Source: Candidatus Vampirococcus lugosii (GTDB lineage Bacteria > Patescibacteriota > Gracilibacteria > Absconditabacterales > Absconditicoccaceae). From it: a DNA stretch of 8,819 nt. Positions 1 to 6,997 of this stretch are shown here, piece after piece. The stretch lies in assembly GCF_018420025.1 (NCBI RefSeq), contig NZ_JAEDAM010000055.1:1-8819 (forward strand), given 5' to 3'. The notes below the pieces were generated by a model, which saw only the letters and a list, made by a program, of their open reading frames with translations, had not been told where the DNA came from and did not search any database. Numbering within the stretch: position 1 is the first letter of the stretch; every line of letters begins with the position of its first letter. A program made the position numbers and the translations under genes.

Positions 1-128
1 GGTTAGAAGTAGTTGAATATATATTACATAATTGAAAATTTTTCCGAAATAGAAATCAAAGAAAACAGCTACAGAATCAACAAAATTCACTTTTTTCTTT
101 AATTTAGATGCAGAAAATTAGAAAAATG

Positions 129-156
129 TTGATTTTTTTTGTAAAAACAATACAAT
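129..156 (+). promoter_or_regulatory. Candidate sigma70-type promoter for the small acidic ORF (TTGATT, 16-nt spacer, TACAAT)
   Basis: TTGATT lies at 129-134 and TACAAT at 151-156, with a 16-nt spacer, about 65 nt upstream of ATG 223. Such hexamers arise easily by chance in DNA this AT-rich, so this is tentative. Confidence 0.3.
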
Positions 157-163
157 TAGTTTG

Positions 164-187
164 TCCAAACTTTATTTAAAGTTTGGA
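164..187. promoter_or_regulatory. Perfect 24-bp palindrome TCCAAACTTTA-TT-TAAAGTTTGGA; possible operator or 5'-UTR hairpin
   Basis: The 11-nt arm at 164-174 is the exact reverse complement of 177-187, with a 2-nt centre. It sits just downstream of the candidate -10 and about 25 nt upstream of the SD of the small ORF. The symmetry is seen directly; the function is inferred. Confidence 0.4.
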
Positions 188-222
188 TATATCTGTAAAC
201 ACTGCATCAAAAGGTGAAAGAT

Positions 223-525
223 ATGTCTTCTCAAAACTATGTTTTTAATGATGAGTTGGTTCTAAATGATTCCTGGGATGGCTTTGACTGGGAAGAGACC
301 TGGGATGATACGGTTGAAACTGTAAATGATTCCTGGGATGGCTTTGACTGGGAAGAGACCTGGGATGATACGGTTGAAACTGTAAATGATTCCTGGGATA
401 ATAATGATAGTTTTGACTGGAACGAAACTGTATATGATACAGTTGGAATAGTAACAGAAGTTTGGGATCAAGCATTCTTTTTTTGAATCCAAACTATGTT
501 CTATCTAAAAAAGTTTTTAGAATAA
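223..525 (+). CDS. Hypothetical hyper-acidic, Trp-rich repeat protein (100 aa under table 25)
   Basis: ATG 223 is preceded by AAGGTGA (211-217), the only clear Shine-Dalgarno in the window. An in-frame GTG at 214 is an alternative start. The frame runs through TGA 484-486 (Gly in table 25) to TAA 523-525 and is followed by a hairpin plus T-run. My count is 17 D and 10 E against 2 K, with 9 W. The unit NDSWDGFDWEETWDDTVETV occurs twice exactly, then once as a diverged copy. I recognise no family. Confidence 0.6.
263..453 (+). repeat. 60-bp tandem repeat inside the small ORF (2.3 exact copies plus a degenerate third copy)
   Basis: Positions 263-339 are identical to 323-399 at a 60-nt offset. 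The third copy (385-453) diverges and is 9 nt longer. The period is a multiple of 3 and in frame, giving a 20-aa protein repeat. Confidence 0.95.
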
Positions 526-545
526 AATAATAATTTCACCTATTT

Positions 546-575
546 CCTGTGCTGTATTTCAGTGCAGGTTTTTTT
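546..575 (+). terminator. Rho-independent terminator of the small acidic ORF
   Basis: The stem CCTGTGCTG (546-554) pairs with CAGTGCAGG (560-568) across the loop TATTT. It has 9 pairs, two of which are G-U wobbles on the + strand RNA only. Seven T follow at 569-575. It lies 21 nt after the TAA stop. Confidence 0.7.
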
Positions 576-584
576 AAGAATAAT

Positions 585-971
585 TTAATAAATTAGTTCT
601 CTTTCATCTTTTGATAATTTTTCTATATATATATTTAAATATTCTTTGGATATATATTCTTTTATAAATTTTGGCCATTCTATACATATATATTCATATT
701 CATCAATTTTATCAAAAATTCACATTTCATAAATTTGTTCTATAGATTCTAATCTATACATATCTATATGTAATAATTTTTTGTATTCATTTATATATGT
801 ATATGTTGGACTTTGAATTATATTTTCAGAAATTCAAATTCATTTTGCAAATCATTTAACAAAATTTGTTTTTCCAACTCATAATTCTCAATTTAATAAT
901 ATTTTTTTATATCATTTTTGAGCTATTTTTTCAGCAAATATTTGCATATCTTCACTTGATTTTATTATCAT
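585..971 (-). CDS. tsaE: tRNA threonylcarbamoyladenosine (t6A) biosynthesis ATPase TsaE (YjeE family), 128 aa
   Basis: I checked the table-25 translation triplet by triplet: MIIKSSEDMQIFAEKIAQKGYKKILLNGELGVGKTNFVKGFAKGIGISENIIQSPTYTYINEYKKLLHIDMYRLESIEQIYEMGIFDKIDEYEYICIEWPKF... It carries the Walker A motif GELGVGKT plus the SPTY, DMYRL and IEWP motifs typical of TsaE. There are 7 in-frame TGA, including two Walker A glycines. TAA stops the frame at 585-587, and another TAA sits immediately upstream of the ATG. Confidence 0.85.
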
Positions 972-1357
972 TTATCTTTATAAGAATATATAAAATTAAT
1001 TATATATATTTAATATATTTCAAAAATCAATGTATAATATATTGCTTTATTATTTTATTTTTATAAATTTATTATGATTTATTCTATTTACTTGGGATAA
1101 ATATAAATCTATAAAAAAACAAAATCGTATAAGTGAAAAAAGACTTTTATTATTAGCACTGATATGATGATTTATATGACAATTAATATCTATGATATTA
1201 TTTAATCATAAAACAAGAAAAACTTCTTTTCAAATAAAACTTTTTTTAATAGTTTTATTATGGATTATTTCTATAATAATTTTCTTATATTTTGATTTTG
1301 AATATTAAAAAAATATTATTATAATAATTTATTTAAAAATAAATAATTATTTTAAAT

Positions 1358-3778
1358 ATGGAAAAAAAAATAAATAAATTTTATGAAACAGATGAAATTT
1401 GGGAAGATATAATACAAATGAATGAAAATATATATGAAACATTAATAGATGATGAAGAATATATAAAAATATTATCAAGTATGAAAAATGATTTTTCTTA
1501 TATTTTATTAGATATTATAAAAAATATATATTCAATTGATGAATTTAATAAATTATCTAATGATGATCTGTTTATATATTTTATAAAAAATACAAAAGAA
1601 AAAAATTTAAAAAATATAGTTGATTTATATAATATTACAAGTTGAGAAGAATTTGAATTAATATATAACAATGAATTGCTTAGGAATTTATTAGAATTTG
1701 CAAAAGAAGAAAATTTGGAATTTATTATAAGAATATTTAATAATGTTGAAGATTTTCAAAAAATATATAAAAATACTTATATGGTAAATGTTTTGAAAAA
1801 CTCAAAAGAAGAAAATTTTAGATATGTAATAAAATTATATGAATTAGAACTATTACAAAATCCTGATAATTTTTATGTTTCTAATAATGTTTTGAATATA
1901 TTAAAATATTCAGATTTACACAAATTAAAATATATTATAGATTTATGTAATAATTCACAAGATTTTGAAAATATTTGTAATAATGAAAATCTTATGGAAG
2001 TTTTAAATTTATGAAAAGAAGAAAATATTGAATTATTAATTAATTTATTTGATAATTTGGAAGAACTTAATTATTATTTAAATAATAGAAAAATAGTTAG
2101 AATATTAATTTTTTGAAAGAAAAATAATATTAAATTAATAATGAATTTATCTAATTCTTTGCAAGAATTTAGCGAAATTTGTAAAAATATAAATATATTG
2201 GATATAATGCAATATACAAAAGAAGAATATTTGGAATATATTATATATTTGTATAATATCAAAAATATAAATGAACTTGAAGATGTATTTGATAATGAAA
2301 TTATATTTGATATATGAGAAATAGCTCAAGCTGAAAATATTAATTTTTTAAATCAATATAGAAATCATAATTTAAGTTATAATATAAATAATTATATCAA
2401 AAAAAGAATTTTGGTTTCTCAAAATAATAGTCAAAAATTTTTTACAAAAAATTTTCCAAAATATAAAAATTTTTCAAAATTATTTGAATATTATATAAAT
2501 AATAAACAAAAATCTTTTTTTGATCTTTTGGAAAAAATAAAATTTGTAGAAGAATATTGATTAAATATTAATATAGATAAATTTGAAATTATTGAAAATT
2601 TTGAAAATTATTGAAATATAGATTTTGAAGAATTAAGAAAAAATTTTGAAAAAATAATTGATCTTAATCAGGAAAAACAAAAAAATAAACTTTTGAGAAA
2701 GTTTGATAATTTTGTTAAATCTAAAAATTTTGATTGATTGAAAAATTTTTTGGCTGAAAATTTAATAAAATATTTTGATAGAATTTATGATAAAAAATTA
2801 AAAATAAGAATAATAAATGAACTTAGAAAAAATTTGTGATGAAATATAAATATTTGAAATATTAAAAAATATAAAATAAATGATTTTGATTTTATTGAAG
2901 CATACAAAATGTCTATTAATCCAGCTTATAATAAAGATCAAATAAATAGTTTATTATATAATTATTTGCTTTGAAAATTTGAAAATATACAAGACTGTAA
3001 ACAGTATGATACAGAAAATAATAATAAATGGTTGGCAGAAAATTTAACAGAAGAACAACAAAAAATATGGTTGTCATCAAATAGGGAAGAGATAAGTCTT
3101 GATCAAGAAATTAATGATAAATCAATAAATAATTTAAATAATTTAATAGAAGAAAATTACAATAATTGTATTAATATAATAAATTTAATAAATGAACTTT
3201 GATTTAATTTCAAAACTAATTTTGATAAATATTGACAATTATTGGAATATTACAATATACATATAAAAAATTGTAATAAAGATATAGAAAAAAGAGATAA
3301 ACAAAATTTGACACAAGATTTGGAAAATCAAATTAATTTGATAAAAAAATTATTTAAAGAAAAAAAATGAAAAAATAGCAAAAAAATAATAATAGAAAAA
3401 GAATTAAATCCTATCAAATGTTTGATGATGTGAAATGTAGTAGATTGAAGTTGTATGTCATTTTATTTTCATGAATCAAATTATTATTCATGTATATCAA
3501 ATACTATAGATGTAAATAAATGAATTTTTTATATAAAAAATGAAAAATGAAATATTTTGTGAAGATGTATAATAACAATATGAAATGATAAAAAAATAAG
3601 TAGATATAAAATGTGATATTCGTCAAATATAAATGAACCTATAGATAAATATTTTGATGATTATACTATAAAATTATCAAAAAAAATGTGATTAAAATTA
3701 AATTGAGATCAAAATAAAGTTGAAAATATAGAATGTGATAAATGGTACAAAGATTGAGTAAAAAAAATTATAGAATAA
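1358..3778 (+). CDS. Large hypothetical protein (806 aa): N-terminal tandem helical repeats, Asn/Lys-rich middle, Gly/Cys-bearing C-terminal domain
   Basis: A single frame runs from ATG 1358 to TAA 3776-3778. I checked it line by line and found no TAA/TAG and 24 in-frame TGA. It joins track ORFs 1358-1645 and 1676-2014, which share this frame, and continues 1.7 kb further. An 806-codon frame free of TAA/TAG is very unlikely by chance in DNA this AT-rich. I recognise no family. Confidence 0.85.
1595..2326 (+). repeat. Seven tandem 34-36-aa protein repeats (diverged at DNA level) within the 806-aa CDS
   Basis: The units are KEKNLKNIVDLYNITSGEEFELIYNNELLRNLLEFA / KEENLEFIIRIFNNVEDFQKIYKNTYMVNVLKNS / KEENFRYVIKLYELELLQNPDNFYVSNNVLNILKYS / DLHKLKYIIDLCNNSQDFENICNNENLMEVLNLG / KEENIELLINLFDNLEELNYYLNNRKIVRILIFG / KKNNIKLIMNLSNSLQEFSEICKNINILDIMQYT / KEEYLEYIIYLYNIKNINELEDVFDNEIIFDIGEIA. 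They total 244 aa, which matches 732 nt. The shared pattern is KEEN-h-x-h-h-x-L, a turn, then a second helix-like segment. Confidence 0.6.
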
Positions 3779-3980
3779 ATAGTATTATTGCTTATTTAAT
3801 TAAAGAAATTATGTAAAAATTTTGCTTTTTTTATTTAGTATTTTTTAAGTGTACAAATTTAGTATAAATAGTATTGAAATTTTTTTAGTTATTTACTAAA
3901 AATTTATTGAAATATTCATAAAGGAAAGTTTTGAGTCCAAATATATTGTAAATAATCTATATGTAGATTAATATTTTGTT

Positions 3981-4008
3981 TTGTAAAGTAGATAATATAA
4001 TATATAAT
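3981..4008 (+). promoter_or_regulatory. Candidate sigma70-type promoter upstream of trxB (TTGTAA, 16-nt spacer, TATAAT)
   Basis: TTGTAA lies at 3981-3986 and a consensus TATAAT at 4003-4008, about 80 nt upstream of ATG 4088. The AT-rich background makes chance matches likely. Confidence 0.25.
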
Positions 4009-4087
4009 TATTTACACTATATATAGTACAATGTAATTTAATTTGTATTATATGTTTAGTATTTTTAAAAAATTAAATTAAACAAAT

Positions 4088-5017
<930 letters not shown>

Positions 5018-5034
5018 AATAAAATATAATATAA

Positions 5035-5108
5035 TATAGACTAGTGTTGTTTACAAAAATAAAAATTTTATCTATTATATTTTTTTGTGTAAACAATGCT
5101 AGTCTATA
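5035..5108. terminator. Long inverted repeat (about 21-bp stem) between convergent trxB and the 129-aa ORF; probable terminator, possibly bidirectional
   Basis: The arm at 5035-5055 (TATAGACTAGTGTTGTTTACA) pairs with 5088-5108 (TGTAAACAATGCTAGTCTATA). Two positions are G-U wobbles on the + RNA and C-A mismatches on the - RNA. The A-run and T-run inside the loop can extend the pairing. It lies 18 nt after the trxB stop and 16 nt after the stop of the minus-strand ORF. Confidence 0.55.
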
Positions 5109-5123
5109 ATTACATTTAATATT

Positions 5124-5513
5124 TTAAGTTATATTTTTCCAATCAATAATTTCATTATTATTTTTAATTTTCCAATTATATAAATAAATATTAACTTTTT
5201 TATTTTGTAAATAAATTTTTGTCCTTTTATATCTAAAAAGATATACTGATTCTATAAATCAAAGCAATATTATTAAATAATAATATTTAAAAATTGATAA
5301 TTTATAATTATTTATTTCAGCAATTATATAATTTTTTGATTTTGATTTATTTCTAATTAATCACGGACTTATTCATAAATTGTACATTTTGTATCATTCA
5401 AGATTTATTTTTTTGGATAAATAACTTTTTGGTAATAGTTTTGAATATCTCTCTCATTCTCTCAAATTTCAATAATATATAAACCAATAATCTTTTTTTT
5501 TAAATAATTTCAT
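5124..5513 (-). CDS. Hypothetical protein, 129 aa, one hydrophobic segment (possible membrane anchor)
   Basis: The translation, checked triplet by triplet, is MKLFKKKDYWFIYYGNLREGERYSKLLPKSYLSKKINLEGYKMYNLGISPGLIRNKSKSKNYIIAEINNYKLSIFKYYYLIILLGFIESVYLFRYKRTKIYLQNKKVNIYLYNWKIKNNNEIIDWKNIT. It has 6 in-frame TGA, a TAA stop at 5124-5126 and an in-frame stop 6 codons upstream of the ATG. It is absent from the standard-code track. I recognise no family. Support comes from ORF length in AT-rich DNA and host-like codon usage. Confidence 0.6.
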
Positions 5514-5693
5514 TAAATTAAAAATTTTTTAGTAATTAAATAACAAAACTTATATTAAATTATTTTTAATATATTTTTCAGTATTTAATTTTTTTAATAT
5601 TACTAAATCTCTTTTACCCACTCATTTCATTAATATGTCTTTTATCTATTTTTTATAAAAATCAAACTTAATTTATTAATTAAGAATCTTTTT

Positions 5694-6254
5694 TTAATTA
5701 AAACTAATTTTAGGTGCTTTTTCTAATTCTTCTCTATTATCAATTTCAAAATATTCTTTTTTATTAAATCCAAAAATTGGTGCTATAATATTTGATGGGA
5801 ATATTTCTACATAAGTATTTAATTCTTTTGTAGAAGAATTAAAATATCTTCTTGATGAAGCAAGTTTATTTTCAATATTTGACATTTCATTTTGCATTTG
5901 CAAAAAATTTTGATTTGCCTTAAGATCAGGATAAGATTCACTTACTGCAAATAAAGATTTAAGAGTTCATTCCAACATATTACCTGATTGAACTTTTTCA
6001 TCTACAGTATTTGAATTTAAAAATGATGTTCTAGCTTCAGTAACTTTTTGTAATGTTTCTTTTTCATGATTCATATATCATTTTATAGATTCTAATAATT
6101 GTGGTATTAGATCAGCTCTCATTTTTAATTGTACATCTATATCAGAGAAACTATTTTCTCTATTATTTTTTAGTTTAACTAATTTATTATAAATTATAAT
6201 AATATAAATTATTATTATTCATAATATTATAAGTATAACGATTGTAGAAGTCAT
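5694..6254 (-). CDS. lemA: LemA family membrane protein, 186 aa
   Basis: The translation begins [75 protein letters not shown]. It continues through [61 protein letters not shown]. This is an N-terminal TM helix plus the canonical LemA core. The track reports only the C-terminal 69 aa (5694-5903). There are 3 in-frame TGA, checked triplet by triplet. Confidence 0.9.
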
Positions 6255-6279
6255 TAAATGTTTTTAAAATTTATAAAAA

Positions 6280-6870
6280 CTATTTTATTTCTTTACTTGA
6301 TACAATAATTTCATCTATTAATCAATATTTTTTTGCAGATTCAGCATCCAAAAAATTATCTCTTTCTACATCTTTTTCTATTTTACTAATTTTTTGTCAA
6401 GTATGTTGTGCTAATATTCAGTTTAATATTTTTCTAGTTTTGATAATATGATCAGCATGAATTTGTATATCAGATGCCTGTCATTCTACTCATCCCAAAG
6501 GTTGATGAATCATTACTTCAGAATTCGGTAATGCAAATCTTTTTCATTTTGTTCAAGCAGTAAGTAATATTGATCACATACTAGCTGCCATTCAAGTACA
6601 TACTGTAGCTATATCACAATTTACATATTGCATAGTATCATAAATAGCCATACCAGATGTTACAACTCAACCAGGACTATTTATATACATAACTATATCT
6701 TTTTCAGGATCTTGTTTTTCCAAAAATAAAAGTTGTGCAATTATAGAATTTGCCATATTTGGCTCCACTTGAGTTCATACAAAAATAATTCTATCTTCCA
6801 ATAATCTAGAATAAATATCATATGCTCTTTCTCAATTCGCTGTTTTCTCTATGACTGTAGGTATTATCAT
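6280..6870 (-). CDS. clpP: ATP-dependent Clp protease proteolytic subunit ClpP, 196 aa
   Basis: The translation is [143 protein letters not shown]...[21 protein letters not shown]. It is collinear with E. coli ClpP, including the catalytic Ser (GMAASMGS), His (MIHQP) and Asp (ERDNF) contexts. There are 12 in-frame TGA, all at Gly positions of the ClpP alignment. TAG stops the frame at 6280-6282. The gene is entirely missing from the standard-code track. Confidence 0.95.
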
Positions 6871-6997
6871 TAAATATTTTATTAAATTAAATAAATGTCA
6901 AATTTATATATAAATAATTAAAAATTTCAACTTGAAATATTACAAAAAAATATTATTAATGAATAAATTTTTATTAAATTAAAATTTATTTTGAATA

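Noticed and set aside
1-120. Possible partial gene at the left edge
   Set aside because: Two mutually exclusive readings are both open. One is + frame 3, ending at TAG 105-107 (...LEVVEYILHNGKFFRNRNQRKQLQNQQNSLFSLI). The other is a minus-strand frame with a possible GTG start near 90 that runs off the edge (VNFVDSVAVFFDFYFGKIFNYVIYIQLLLT...). At 35-40 codons neither is statistically convincing, and I cannot choose between them from this window.
263-453. The tandem repeat as a CRISPR array or minisatellite outside genes
   Set aside because: The copies are directly adjacent with no spacers. The period is 60 nt and in frame, and the repeat lies wholly within an ORF that has translation and termination signals.
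245-492. Two 76-aa minus-strand ORFs in the track (245-475 and 262-492)
   Set aside because: They are antisense to the repeat ORF and simply mirror its 60-bp periodicity. They have no SD or terminator in that orientation, whereas the + strand frame has an SD, an ATG and a downstream terminator.
129-575. The acidic-protein cassette as a mobile element or prophage remnant
   Set aside because: Its composition is foreign-looking, but I see no integrase or transposase, no flanking direct or inverted terminal repeats and no tRNA target in the window. Horizontal origin stays a hypothesis and is not an annotated mobile element.
866-1066. 66-aa + strand ORF in the track
   Set aside because: It overlaps tsaE on the opposite strand. 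Its translation is low-complexity Ile/Phe/Leu typical of the antisense of an AT-rich gene, while the minus frame gives a full-length TsaE with all motifs.
2074-2329. Two minus-strand ORFs in the track (62 and 60 aa)
   Set aside because: They lie inside and antisense to the 806-codon + strand frame, and their sequence is Ile/Phe/Tyr-rich low complexity.
5550-5630. 26-codon minus-strand ORF (MKGVGKRDLVILKKLNTEKYIKNNLI) in the lemA to 129-aa ORF spacer
   Set aside because: It is too short to separate from chance, and it has no SD, no recognisable motif and no supporting structure.
5667-5684. Hairpin CTTAATT-TATT-AATTAAG just downstream of the lemA stop, as a terminator
   Set aside because: It has a 7-bp stem with a single G-C pair. 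Such palindromes are expected by chance in DNA this AT-rich, so it is not reported as a feature.
6896-6959. Promoter hexamers in the clpP / 526-aa ORF divergent spacer (TTGACA on the minus strand at 6901-6896; TTGAAA 6932-6937 with TATTAA 6954-6959 on the plus strand)
   Set aside because: The -10 partners are poor or the spacing is wrong (14 or 19 nt for the minus-strand candidate). The background composition generates such matches freely. They are mentioned only in the SD and leader finding.
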